Below are positions 39,815 through 49,440 of a DNA stretch of 64,000 nucleotides, piece after piece. The notes beneath the pieces were generated by a model that did not search any database, was not told the origin of the DNA, and worked only from the letters and a program-made list of their open reading frames with translations. Source of the stretch: a virus; the IMG/VR virus record IMGVR_UViG_3300048590_000661, positions 32,001 through 96,000 of that record; one strand, written 5' to 3'. A program made the translations under genes and the position numbers. Numbering within the stretch: position 1 is the stretch's first letter; the number at the start of each line of letters is the position of its first letter.

Positions 39815-40252
39815 TTAGTTTTGCTCCACAGGAATACCATAATTAGTGGATTTAATTTTCTCAACAGTTTCTTGGTTAAGTGCCACTCGCCTGTCATAAT
39901 CATTATACATAGTAGGGTTATCAAACCATAAATCATCAAAATCTTTATATTTATCTGGTTCTAAATCTTGGTGAATAAGAACCATTAAATTCCACATGGC
40001 AGCAGTCAAATGCATACTATCAGGAAAATCATTGTCATACATTTCACCAGCTAAATATGCCATAATATGCCGCATAGCACTATTAACTAAAGTAGATTTC
40101 TTTTGCCCTAATGCCCAATTCGGCACCCCATCTGGCGTATTAGGGTATTTTAAACTACCATAGGTTGTATGCTTCATTAATTCAATGATAGTCGACGGAC
40201 TAATACCTGTAAATTCAACTTTAGTTGTATTATAACGTAGTGATTTATTCAT
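39815..40252 (-). CDS. dATP/dGTP diphosphohydrolase (DUF5664-like)
   Basis: YGSLKY...NW..G...SAMRH..AY..GE..D.....HL.AA.WN. Start refined to MNKSLRYN. Confidence 0.75.
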   Translation of the reverse strand: MNKSLRYNTTKVEFTGISPSTIIELMKHTTYGSLKYPNTPDGVPNWALGQKKSTLVNSAMRHIMAYLAGEMYDNDFPDSMHLTAAMWNLMVLIHQDLEPDKYKDFDDLWFDNPTMYNDYDRRVALNQETVEKIKSTNYGIPVEQN

Positions 40253-40460
40253 GTTTAACGACCACATTTCTAGGGTTAATAATGGTATACATTTCAAACG
40301 ATTCGCTATTATAAATAACAACAATATCTAAATTAGTATTTGAGTAATTAGGGATGTATACTTTACCATTTTCACTACTAGTAAATTGAATAACACCATC
40401 TACATCAATAAACGCTACTTGTCGCCAATTATCTTTATAGTATTGTATGTCTTTTAGCAT
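40245..40460 (-). CDS. hypothetical protein
   Basis: 71-aa ORF in a packed operon. Confidence 0.5.
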   Translation of the reverse strand: MLKDIQYYKDNWRQVAFIDVDGVIQFTSSENGKVYIPNYSNTNLDIVVIYNSESFEMYTIINPRNVVVKHE

Positions 40461-40462
40461 AA

Positions 40463-40684
40463 TTATTTATCCAGTTTCGTAATTTCAAAATAATCATAAG
40501 TTGCTAGCATTATTTTAGTCTCCCAATTCATATCATATTTAATATACAGTAATTTATTTTCTAAATCAATGCAATAAAATAAATTAGTAACTACAAGGTT
40601 TTCTTTAATACTAGTCCATTCTTTATTTACCCAGTATTTAACTGCAATAGCTTTATCCCATACAATTGTCATAGTTTTACTCAA
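40463..40684 (-). CDS. hypothetical protein
   Basis: 73-aa ORF in a packed operon. Confidence 0.5.
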   Translation of the reverse strand: MSKTMTIVWDKAIAVKYWVNKEWTSIKENLVVTNLFYCIDLENKLLYIKYDMNWETKIMLATYDYFEITKLDK

Positions 40685-40886
40685 TTCTATAGTTAGAAAA
40701 TTTAACTAAACTAACAAACCCATTAATATACTCACATTCGATTTCATCATATTCCATTGGGTCTTCACCAGAATCAATTACATTATTAAACATTTCTAAG
40801 TCATCAGTTAACACTACATACCAATGATTATTATTATCAGTCGTTGCTACATATTCTTTAATATATGTACTTGTTTGTTTTTTCAT
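40677..40886 (-). CDS. hypothetical protein
   Basis: 69-aa ORF with D...HWYVV motif. Confidence 0.55.
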   Translation of the reverse strand: MKKQTSTYIKEYVATTDNNNHWYVVLTDDLEMFNNVIDSGEDPMEYDEIECEYINGFVSLVKFSNYRIE

Positions 40887-41260
40887 TCCATATTGCCCAT
40901 CATAAAATCAATACCAACTAACGTTGCAAGTCTATATAAATCGTCCTTTAATGCCGCAGTCGTTAAAACATTAACGATCACAAACCCAGCTACAATAACA
41001 ACATCTGCGTCATTTGTAATAGGCGTAGTAGACAGGTAAAGTTGAGAATTTTCCTTCATCAAACGTAATGTATCTGTATTATCCAATACTTTTTCTACTT
41101 CATCCGTTGCAACCATTAGTGATGCTTCTGGTGGGCATCCAATACCAGTACCAGTAATCATACAGCCTAGTTTAAGGGCAGTTTCTTCATTAAAGACATA
41201 ATTATTAACAATACACTCTGCATACCACTCTAATTGTTCTAGTTTGTTAGTATAGTTCAT
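40883..41260 (-). CDS. hypothetical protein
   Basis: 125-aa ORF with purine-rich ribosome-binding site. Confidence 0.55.
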   Translation of the reverse strand: MNYTNKLEQLEWYAECIVNNYVFNEETALKLGCMITGTGIGCPPEASLMVATDEVEKVLDNTDTLRLMKENSQLYLSTTPITNDADVVIVAGFVIVNVLTTAALKDDLYRLATLVGIDFMMGNME

Positions 41261-41276
41261 GATATTTTCTTCTTTC

Positions 41277-42113
41277 TTAAATAGATAAATTATTTTCTAA
41301 GACTTTTCGATACTGAATACCAATACTTAAATTCCCCGACAATTTCGGAATGTACTCCGAAAACTTGACTTGGTGTTCAAAAGGTGACATATGTTTATCT
41401 AGCCATAGTTTATCATGTAAACTTTTATCACTTTTCAACTCTGATAGCTTTTCTTGTAGACTATAGCTTGTCCTAGCACATCTAGCAGAACTAATGGCTA
41501 ATTGATCTTCAATAAAATAATACGTTTCAGATTGCGTAATAAATGGTAGATGCCATTCGCCTTCCTTTAATATGGTAGGTTTTTGAGTTGTTAAAATATA
41601 TTTAATTTGCCGAGTAGGAACCTGAATTTCAAATTGAGCATTATATGAATCACGTAATGTAATAAAATTGTCCCATTCACTAGCCGTAACAAGATAATCA
41701 ATATAGGCAAATGGCTCAATTAGTCGGTTGGTGTATTGCTTGCTATACCCCATCTTATCTAATAGATAACCATGCGCAATTGCAAAGAAACGTGCAGACT
41801 TCCAGATTAGTTTAGCGAACTCAGCATGGCAACTAAAGTCAAATTTAGAAGTTTGCATTCCCTTATGATTAAATGGAAATAATTCTGGTACATAACTGGC
41901 ATCTTTTGCTAATGTAGAAAAACGCTTTGCTCTAGAAGACGAAACTGACCGTGACATTACTCGATGGACGTTAAATTCACTCAGTACTATTCTAGGCAGC
42001 CTAATTAGAAAAGTAGACACTCGTTTGTTTAGAATTTGACTGTCAGCGATTAACTTCGTAGTAATCTTATCTTCATAAAGATAATCAAATACTTCAAATG
42101 GATTAGTGTTCAT
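41277..42113 (-). CDS. thyX: flavin-dependent thymidylate synthase
   Basis: EFNVHRVMSRSVSSSRA, NRLIEPF, AQ.EI, SARCARTSY, HMSPFEH. Start refined to MNTNPF. Confidence 0.85.
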   Translation of the reverse strand: MNTNPFEVFDYLYEDKITTKLIADSQILNKRVSTFLIRLPRIVLSEFNVHRVMSRSVSSSRAKRFSTLAKDASYVPELFPFNHKGMQTSKFDFSCHAEFAKLIWKSARFFAIAHGYLLDKMGYSKQYTNRLIEPFAYIDYLVTASEWDNFITLRDSYNAQFEIQVPTRQIKYILTTQKPTILKEGEWHLPFITQSETYYFIEDQLAISSARCARTSYSLQEKLSELKSDKSLHDKLWLDKHMSPFEHQVKFSEYIPKLSGNLSIGIQYRKVLENNLSI

Positions 42114-42360
42114 GTAATTTCCAGTGTCGCTTTGCATAAGGTGGTAAAGTCTCAATATGAAAATTATATGGGTTTAATAAAATAGGAATACAAAGTGCCA
42201 ATTCAAAGGTACTAATATCTAATTGTGGTGCCCATAAATATGTGTTAGCCGATTGTATTTTTAATATTGATAGGGATGGATAACTATCTACATCAACAAT
42301 ATATCTGTTATCTAATTCATCTTTTTTAATGTTAATATTCATCGTATTCGTTCTTTTCAT
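42103..42360 (-). CDS. hypothetical protein
   Basis: ORF in the operon. Confidence 0.45.
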   Translation of the reverse strand: MKRTNTMNINIKKDELDNRYIVDVDSYPSLSILKIQSANTYLWAPQLDISTFELALCIPILLNPYNFHIETLPPYAKRHWKLHEH

Positions 42361-42574
42361 TTGGTAAACATGCTAAGAAATCACCAATTAATAAGTCTCT
42401 TTGTACAAAGTTACTTTGAGTACTATATCGATTTACTAAATCAATACACAAATGTAAAATGTCTAGCCTAGCAGCATTTTCACTATCACTTCCAAGATAA
42501 TCTTCAAAATGGTCTACACAATCTTCTAAATCGCTCAATGTATTTTCAAACCTGCAATAACTCATGTTAGCCAT
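42332..42574 (-). CDS. conserved hypothetical phage protein
   Basis: MANMSYCRFENT..DL.DC N-terminus; AAGGA ribosome-binding site. Confidence 0.65.
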   Translation of the reverse strand: MANMSYCRFENTLSDLEDCVDHFEDYLGSDSENAARLDILHLCIDLVNRYSTQSNFVQRDLLIGDFLACLPNEKNEYDEY

Positions 42575-42638
42575 TAGTATATATCCTTTTCTTTTTCTTC
42601 AAGAAAGTCAGGGATTAAATATCGCATTAATTTTAACG

Positions 42639-43166
42639 TTACTCATAGTGATAATCACTTTCTAGCCCATCACAATTAAGTAACGATTCAATATCATACT
42701 GGATTTGACCTATTAGTTTGCGGTATGGTGGATGAATATTAGCGGCTGCTTCTAATTTGTCATAAAGCATATCTAACTTTTCCATGCCTTTATCTGGCTT
42801 ATCTTCATTAATAATGACACAACGTTCTGTAGCGAATCGCATAATATTTAATGTATAAATTATATGCTTAAGCGATACATTTTTGCATAACACTTCTGAT
42901 CTATTATAATCGCTAATTGTCCACAACGTCCACAAATCACTTACATATGTTTCTACTTTTACACTAATCGCTAATGAATTTTTAGGCAGTGAACTAATAT
43001 CATATTTATGTTTTGGTGCGTTATCTACAATATAACACTCATTATATTTAAATTCATCTAATAAAGTAAGAGAAATTACGACATCTTCTAAATCGCCTAG
43101 TAATTCATCATACTCATCCTCTTGATTTTTTGGTAGGCTAGTCAAGTATTCTTTTAAAGTTTGCAT
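42639..43166 (-). CDS. hypothetical protein
   Basis: 175-aa ORF in the operon. Confidence 0.55.
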   Translation of the reverse strand: MQTLKEYLTSLPKNQEDEYDELLGDLEDVVISLTLLDEFKYNECYIVDNAPKHKYDISSLPKNSLAISVKVETYVSDLWTLWTISDYNRSEVLCKNVSLKHIIYTLNIMRFATERCVIINEDKPDKGMEKLDMLYDKLEAAANIHPPYRKLIGQIQYDIESLLNCDGLESDYHYE

Positions 43167-43168
43167 TG

Positions 43169-43399
43169 CTATTTACTTTCTAGTGCAGAAAGCTCTAAAA
43201 TTGTAACACCATGTACGTGGTCAATTAATTCTATACTATAGCTATTATAACTATCCCTATCAAACTTAAACGCAATAGTATATTGTTCTTTAGCTAATTC
43301 TGCCAGTGTTAATAGACTATTATGCCCAGCAGTACCATGATTAAAAAATTTTTCATAGACTAATGCAAAAGCGATTTCTTTTAGTTGTCGTTCTGTCAT
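43169..43399 (-). CDS. hypothetical protein
   Basis: 76-aa ORF with F.HGT.GHN motif. Confidence 0.6.
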   Translation of the reverse strand: MTERQLKEIAFALVYEKFFNHGTAGHNSLLTLAELAKEQYTIAFKFDRDSYNSYSIELIDHVHGVTILELSALESK

Positions 43400-43401
43400 A
43401 A

Positions 43402-44001
43402 TTAACCTTCCATTTCTTGATAATTCATAATCACAACTTTATCATACCCAAATGTAGCAGCTAAATCCTGCTCCCAAAAGTTAATAACTTTGTAAGTTAA
43501 AATATTATCTTTCGTTCTAAAATTCACAACCGCATTTCCAAACCCCCAACCTTTACCATCTTTGCCCTGGTATGAAACAAAAAAATCTCTAAAAGGTAAC
43601 TCGTCACCTATTTTAATTTCGTTATTCAGCCAACTAGTATCAGGGTTTTCTGTTACCTGCAAATATAATGAGTAACAGAACATTAAGATATCTTCCATCG
43701 GAATACTTCTGCCACGCTCAAAATATACACTAGAATGAAACCAAAATCTAGCGTTATCATGCCATCCGCCAAGCTCACCACTCCAAAAATCTTCTACATT
43801 AGCTACTAACCCTGTAAATGGACAAATAGCTATTTCATCAAACTCGCCGTTCATAGCTTGGTAAACTGCATATTTGAATAGTTCGTCGTCGGGATACTCG
43901 CATTCCATGTAATATTTAAATACATCATTTGATATATCTGATGACACAAACCCCAAGTTTGTCTTTTCAATATCTAAGTTTGGGTCAATATTATAGTTCA
44001 T
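43402..44001 (-). CDS. hypothetical protein
   Basis: 199-aa ORF overlapping the methylase end. Confidence 0.6.
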   Translation of the reverse strand: MNYNIDPNLDIEKTNLGFVSSDISNDVFKYYMECEYPDDELFKYAVYQAMNGEFDEIAICPFTGLVANVEDFWSGELGGWHDNARFWFHSSVYFERGRSIPMEDILMFCYSLYLQVTENPDTSWLNNEIKIGDELPFRDFFVSYQGKDGKGWGFGNAVVNFRTKDNILTYKVINFWEQDLAATFGYDKVVIMNYQEMEG

Positions 44002-44806
44002 AAGTTTGGTTCCTAATCATTAATTCTTTAACAAAATTATCGCTTTGGCTATTAATACTGTAATGTATTCCATCTACTGTTTTAATATTTGCAAAATCAG
44101 AATATAAATCTAATACCGCTTGACAATTATCATATGATAGAACCCATGAAAAATTAGCAGTTTTTAAAGCGGCCGCTAATTCATGATGGTCATCACTACT
44201 AAACCCATGACTATATAATTTATTACCTTTACCATAATAAGGTGGGTCAATATAATACATAGCGGCCGTTCTATCCATAACATCTAAATAGTTCTTATTA
44301 CTTACTGTTACACTTTCCATTAATGGTGCAATAGTTTTTATTTTATTAACTATCCTCTTAGGGTTCCACCTACAGTCTATTTTATAATTAGACCCCTGAT
44401 TAATACCACCTATAGGGCTACCAGCTTTTTCACCTAAGCCAGAGAAAGACATTTGATGTATTGCAATTTTCATAAAAGCTAAATATACAATATCTGGTGG
44501 ATATGCATCCATATTTAGCTGATCTTTAAATTCAAAGAAAGATTCTACAGTAGGTAGAAAATCATTAATTAACTCGCATAGTTCATTGGGGTAATTTTTT
44601 ACGCTATACCAAATAGCATATATTCCTAAATTAGCATCATTAATATAGTATTCTTGAAATTTTTTATTTACTAATAAATTAAGAAATACAGCACCAGAAC
44701 CAACAAAAGGTTCTACATATAAGTTTTTATCATAATCTAGAAGAGTAAGGATTACATTTAATAACTTACTTTTACCACCAGGATATCTAAAAAATGGTTT
44801 TGTCAT
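43991..44806 (-). CDS. DNA adenine methyltransferase (D12/Dam family)
   Basis: RYPGGKS, YVEPFVGSGAV, IND, YIDPPYY, VLSYD. Confidence 0.9.
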   Translation of the reverse strand: MTKPFFRYPGGKSKLLNVILTLLDYDKNLYVEPFVGSGAVFLNLLVNKKFQEYYINDANLGIYAIWYSVKNYPNELCELINDFLPTVESFFEFKDQLNMDAYPPDIVYLAFMKIAIHQMSFSGLGEKAGSPIGGINQGSNYKIDCRWNPKRIVNKIKTIAPLMESVTVSNKNYLDVMDRTAAMYYIDPPYYGKGNKLYSHGFSSDDHHELAAALKTANFSWVLSYDNCQAVLDLYSDFANIKTVDGIHYSINSQSDNFVKELMIRNQTYEL

Positions 44807-44853
44807 ATCTTTGCTTTCTATGCATATGATAACAAAATCGTGGTATAGATACT

Positions 44854-44882
44854 ATTATACCACGATTCTTTAGGTTTGTCAA
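44854..44882 (-). promoter_or_regulatory. sigma70-type promoter for the methylase operon, overlapped by a 12-bp inverted repeat
   Basis: TTGACA-17-TATAAT; AATCGTGGTATA-N8-TATACCACGATT at 44836-44867. Confidence 0.75.
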
Positions 44883-44904
44883 TGGGGAAGTTTGGGGGGA
44901 TGGA

Positions 44905-45930
44905 CTAAAGTAATTTGAGTATAGAGTTTCTAGGGTGGAAATAACCATTATCATCTGCTTCAAATTTATCTATACACATATTAAATGGCAGATATGGTTT
45001 ATTGATAGCTTCTAGAATTTCGTCTTTATCGTCTACTCTATTGTATGCAATTTCAATATATTTATAATCATTTCCTAGAACTGCACCCATTTTAATCTTA
45101 TCATTTTTTTGAGTTTCTTCTAGCGTACCCCAATGTGGTGGTGGCGTTTCATAATGTTGTTCGCCATGAACTTCTATTACACAATGGTGGTCTGGTAAAT
45201 AGAAATCGAACTTACGCCTTTCAACACCATCAATATCGAAACGTTTTTGTGTTTCAAATTTTATATTATTTTGTATTAAAATTAACGCGACTTTGGCTTC
45301 ATATGACGATGCATAGTTAGCAGAAAATTCTTTATTTTTTATACTCTCTGTAGTTCTTCTATGATAATTAATATGGCGTTTAGTAATTGATTTACATACT
45401 TTACATCTGCAAGTTTTATTCATAAATGCATTGAAAGTTATACTATCTGTAGTTTCACAAACCCTGCAAGTATATGTAATTTTTCTATTTTTATATGTAA
45501 TATTATATAATAACCCACCAAATTCTAATGCTTTATTTAGCGCATCTGACAACCATTCTTCATCTGGTTTCATGCGACCATCAACAACACAATATGGACA
45601 ACCAGTATTATTCATGAATATACTTTGTACAGAAGTTTCCCATGATTTATTGCAAGTGTTGCATTGCAATGTTATCCTATCTCTTTTCTTAACACCTTCT
45701 ATATGTACTATAGAAAATAAACCTGTCATTAATTCATGAGCATGACTAATACTAGTTGGTAATTTACGAGTACAGCCTGCGCAAACTGTACGCGTCAGTA
45801 ATCGACCAAAACGTGTAGTAGTAACATACCCACACTCTAAACAAGAAAGGGCGCATTCTGTATTATACATAAGTTCGCCATCATAAGAAAAAGAAACAGG
45901 AATTTGTAACATTGCAATGCGGTCAATCAT
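44905..45930 (-). CDS. Zn-ribbon repeat plus PD-(D/E)XK/DUF559-like endonuclease (probable homing endonuclease)
   Basis: Several CxxC pairs, then ETQKRF...FDFYLP...IEVHGEQHY...NDKIK. Confidence 0.7.
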   Translation of the reverse strand: MIDRIAMLQIPVSFSYDGELMYNTECALSCLECGYVTTTRFGRLLTRTVCAGCTRKLPTSISHAHELMTGLFSIVHIEGVKKRDRITLQCNTCNKSWETSVQSIFMNNTGCPYCVVDGRMKPDEEWLSDALNKALEFGGLLYNITYKNRKITYTCRVCETTDSITFNAFMNKTCRCKVCKSITKRHINYHRRTTESIKNKEFSANYASSYEAKVALILIQNNIKFETQKRFDIDGVERRKFDFYLPDHHCVIEVHGEQHYETPPPHWGTLEETQKNDKIKMGAVLGNDYKYIEIAYNRVDDKDEILEAINKPYLPFNMCIDKFEADDNGYFHPRNSILKLL

Positions 45931-45938
45931 ATATTTTC

Positions 45939-46856
45939 CTATCCGATACTACATGCGGACCATCCGCAATTAGTACAGTGTTCACAACCTTCAGCAAATA
46001 CTACGTTAGAATTATCACACCCACATTTAGAAGTATTTAAGTTAGTAGGGTTTAACTCGCTAAATTTCTTCTTAATTTCAGTGCCATTATTAAGAACTTG
46101 TGATGTACGACTGCCATCACGATATACTGTAATACCTTTACAGCCTAATTTCCAAGCCTTGATAAATCCTTGATAAACATCTTCAACAGTGGCATCATTT
46201 GGTAAATTAATAGTTTTACTAACACCACTATCAACATATTGTTGCGCTACAGCTTGTGTATTAATATGCTCATCAATAGAAACAGACTTAGGGCCAATTA
46301 CACTGCGGAAATACTCTTTATCGTTATCTTCATGGCTGATATAATAAGTTTGCCCTCGCTCATCTATTCTGGTAAAAGAACCAGAAAAAATAGGCTCACA
46401 ACCACCACCCAATAAATTAGCAATATGGCTAATACTGCCAGTTGGTGCAATTGACTGGCAAGTAATGTTGCGTCGATTTACATGAATACATTTTTCTGGA
46501 ACACCACGCAATCTACCTAACATTTCTGATTCATTATAACTTACTTGTTGAATTTTGTCAAGAATTTTAGCCAATAGATCTAATGCATCTTGGCTACCAT
46601 ACGCTAATTTCATTTTTAATAGTAAATCAGCATAACCCATAATACCTAACCCAATTGGGCGAAATTGCTCGTATTTATTTTTGAACTTATCATTAGGAAA
46701 AGTGTTAGTAGTACCAACGTTATCTAGAAAAATTGTTGTACGTCTAATTACTCGCTCTAATTCGTCGTAATCAAACTCCCCATTTACAAAGAAATCTTTG
46801 TGGTTTAAATTAATGCTACCTAAATTACAACTTAGGTATGGTGGTAATGGTTGCTC
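45939..46856 (-). CDS. nrdJ: class II (B12-dependent) ribonucleotide reductase, 3' exon
   Basis: EQPL...CNLGSINL, RPIGLGIMG, IAPTGSIS, VDSGVSKTIN, KGITVYRDGSR, C-terminal Zn ribbon GC..C..CGWSAC. Confidence 0.9.
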   Translation of the reverse strand, partial: EQPLPPYLSCNLGSINLNHKDFFVNGEFDYDELERVIRRTTIFLDNVGTTNTFPNDKFKNKYEQFRPIGLGIMGYADLLLKMKLAYGSQDALDLLAKILDKIQQVSYNESEMLGRLRGVPEKCIHVNRRNITCQSIAPTGSISHIANLLGGGCEPIFSGSFTRIDERGQTYYISHEDNDKEYFRSVIGPKSVSIDEHINTQAVAQQYVDSGVSKTINLPNDATVEDVYQGFIKAWKLGCKGITVYRDGSRTSQVLNNGTEIKKKFSELNPTNLNTSKCGCDNSNVVFAEGCEHCTNCGWSACSIG

Positions 46857-47730
46857 CATTTTACTTATATTACTATAAGGATTGGACTATATCTTCATAA
46901 TTTTTAATACTTGTATAGTATTTAAAAATATGTTCCGCACTCGATAAAGTATTGTCAAATCTTTTGTCAGTTTTGTAAAATAACCAAGTCTTGTATTGAA
47001 AAGTAGGTGTGATATATGGGAAAACAAGGTCAATAAATCTTTGCAATCCGTTGCCAATAATTTTAACTCTTGGGTTCCTACTACGACCAGTATTACTAAC
47101 TACTGTTTTGAATGTCAGATTGTATTTTTCATTCATAAAATTAGAGAAATAATCCAATTCATTAAATGAAAAGCTTTCTAAACATAACCACCCAATATTT
47201 TGTATTTTATCTGCTCGCCTATTTTTTGCATGTTCTAAATATCCATCACCCATCCATATATATGCCAAACATCTAGCATCAATTTTATGTACAACATCTT
47301 TCGTAAGTTCTTTCTTACCATCTGGATAACACCAGTTCGCAAACTTATCGAAGTATGCTGGATAACTAGCCACCATTTTATATGTGTACACACCGAATCG
47401 TTTATCGAAATAATCATTTTTCCAAATCTTTTTATCACTATTTGGAAATTGAATAAATAAATCAGCACAGTGATTGCGAAAATCTGAATATTTAGATGTT
47501 AAACAAAACCTATTTTTGTAATCAATATACCCATCACTCAATACAAGACCTAATACAGACTGTTTAATTTCACTTGACGTTAACATTCTTTTCCTTTGAA
47601 TAGAATTATTTATAACTTTATCTTTAGTCTCTGAACCTTCCTTAACGTATTAAGGATTGGCTGCTGATTGCCCGCTTAGGGTTTCCAGCAATTCACGGAA
47701 TTTTTTACATGCGGCAAGCGTTTACCGATG
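46857..47730 (-). mobile_element. group I intron (874 nt) in nrdJ
   Basis: P AATTGCTGGAAA (47682-93), Q AATCAGCAGC (47660-69), R GTTCAGAGACTAAA (47624-37), S AAGATATAGTCC (46884-95), P9 with GTAA loop and terminal G. IGS GCCGCATG pairs with exon CATGTGGT, giving U-G at the splice site. Splicing restores NPCG|EQPL. Confidence 0.93.
46873..47586 (-). CDS. intron-encoded LAGLIDADG homing endonuclease
   Basis: VLGLVLSDGY and LAYIWMGDGY motifs; lies between R and S and reads through S. Confidence 0.85.
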   Translation of the reverse strand: MLTSSEIKQSVLGLVLSDGYIDYKNRFCLTSKYSDFRNHCADLFIQFPNSDKKIWKNDYFDKRFGVYTYKMVASYPAYFDKFANWCYPDGKKELTKDVVHKIDARCLAYIWMGDGYLEHAKNRRADKIQNIGWLCLESFSFNELDYFSNFMNEKYNLTFKTVVSNTGRSRNPRVKIIGNGLQRFIDLVFPYITPTFQYKTWLFYKTDKRFDNTLSSAEHIFKYYTSIKNYEDIVQSL

Positions 47731-48474
47731 ACCACATGGATTAGTAGCATAAATCTTTTCACCAGCTTCTTTATATGGTGTATTATTATTAATGGTATCA
47801 GAAAACAATAACCCTGGCTCACCATTTGACCAAGCATTAAGAGCTAGCTTATAAAGTAACGCTGCTTCTTTGCTTGTGTCATTACTAACCGCTTTTTGCA
47901 TAAATTCATCTGTAGTCATCATTGACTGATTAAAATTATATAAATCACCCTCTTGACGATTCTTTTTAAGATTAATGAAGTCCTCAATATTAGGGTGTTC
48001 ACAATCTAATGTAACCATGAGCGCCATTCCGCGAAAACCTGACTGCGTCATCATATGCATACCTTTTGACACTAATTCAGCATATTTTAATGGACCATAC
48101 GCGTACCCATGACTACTGCCATTTACTTTAGCCCCTTCATATCGAATAAAACTACCAGTAAACCCGCAACCACCGCCACGTTTAGCTACTTCAGCAATAT
48201 CTTTAAGTGTTTCAAAATGGTCTTCTAAAGTATCTTCAGTTGGTCCAACTACAAAACAAGCTTGTTTACCAGCATTAGGTTTGCCACTATTCACTAAACA
48301 AGGTGAATTAGGTAAAAACTTTAAGGTTAGCATATCGTTATATACTTCTGAATAATATTCTGGCTCATCGCCTAAAATATTGTCATTATGCACACGACTA
48401 ACTAACCCTTCCCAATTTTCCCCTGGCATATAATATCGTTGTTTCAATAACTTTTCAGCATTTTCAGATAACAT
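47731..48474 (-). CDS. nrdJ: class II ribonucleotide reductase, 5' exon
   Basis: FLPNSPCL, ACFV, GGGCG, RG.ALM, HP.I.DFI, FN.S, GEPG, TNPCG. Confidence 0.9.
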
Positions 48475-48554
48475 CTTTTCCCCTTATAAATTGCTTTAAA
48501 ATATAAAAATAGAGGCTAAGATGCATACCCCTAGCCTCACTTTGTTGGACTTTT

Positions 48555-48584
48555 ATTTTACCACATTAACTATACTTCTGGCAA
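48555..48584 (-). promoter_or_regulatory. promoter for nrdJ
   Basis: TTGCCA-18-TAAAAT with TGTGG extension. Confidence 0.5.
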
Positions 48585-48594
48585 GAAATTTAGC

Positions 48595-49404
48595 TTAAAG
48601 ATTTATGCCTTTTAATATATTAGCAATAATATCAACTGTCCACCCATTACCAATTGCTTTGTATCTATTTGATTTTTTAATGCATGATGTATACCCTATA
48701 GGCAATGTTTGTAATTCTTCACATTCTTCAGGCGTAAGTATTCTAGTTAATATTTTATCTTTCTTTAATTTTTCAAAGCTTGTCGCATTTGCCAATGTTA
48801 TATCATTAATAACTCGATATTTAGTGCCTGGAGATTGTGCTGCTAACGTAGGATATTTTCTATAGAATTTAATTTCATCAGTTACATAGCCATGTCCTAA
48901 ACGATACAGCCATCCATCATAATATAAATTCTTTTCTTCAATATAATTAATTGGTATATTTGTCCAGTATAATCTTACTCTATTTTGTTTAGACACTAAA
49001 CTTGAATTTATTTTTATCGGATTCACACCTAAATATGTAGTTATTATATCTTGATATTGTTGTTTCATATTAACATTTTCCAATAAAAAATACTTAGGCT
49101 TACATTCGTCCAATATACGAACAAATTCAAAAAATAATTTACTCCTTTCATCTTCAAAATTTAACCTTTGTCCAGCAATAGAAAACCCTTGGCATGGACT
49201 ACCACCAATAAGTATATCTATTGGTGGTAATTTATTTACAACTTGCACATTTCCTAATTGTATTGTTTTTGGAAAGTTATACATCGTTACTGCACATGCA
49301 TGTTTATCTATTTCAGATGCATAATAGTTACTAATAGGTAAATTTGCTCTATGCAAAGCTAACTGCCCACATGAGATCCCGTCAAATAAACTTAACACAT
49401 TCAT
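48595..49404 (-). CDS. DNA cytosine-C5 methyltransferase
   Basis: LSLFDGI, GGSPCQGFS, LENV, Q.R.R, R.LTP.E...LQ, GNGW. Confidence 0.92.
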   Translation of the reverse strand: MNVLSLFDGISCGQLALHRANLPISNYYASEIDKHACAVTMYNFPKTIQLGNVQVVNKLPPIDILIGGSPCQGFSIAGQRLNFEDERSKLFFEFVRILDECKPKYFLLENVNMKQQYQDIITTYLGVNPIKINSSLVSKQNRVRLYWTNIPINYIEEKNLYYDGWLYRLGHGYVTDEIKFYRKYPTLAAQSPGTKYRVINDITLANATSFEKLKKDKILTRILTPEECEELQTLPIGYTSCIKKSNRYKAIGNGWTVDIIANILKGINL

Positions 49405-49440
49405 AATTAGCTATTCCAACTTACACGCTTACGCATTTTA

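Noticed and set aside
44884-44903. G-rich tract GGGGAAGTTTGGGGGGATGG as a G-quadruplex
   Set aside because: It has too few long G runs for a convincing quadruplex and no supporting context.
47235-47468. 77-aa ORF inside the intron
   Set aside because: Alternative frame overlapping the LAGLIDADG gene.
46857-47730. Intein or two-subunit RNR explanation for the split nrdJ
   Set aside because: There is an in-frame stop after NPCGHR, no intein termini, and clear group I P/Q/R/S elements.
48485-48550. Cobalamin riboswitch upstream of nrdJ
   Set aside because: The leader is too short and has only a simple GAGGCTA/TAGCCTC hairpin, with no B12 box.
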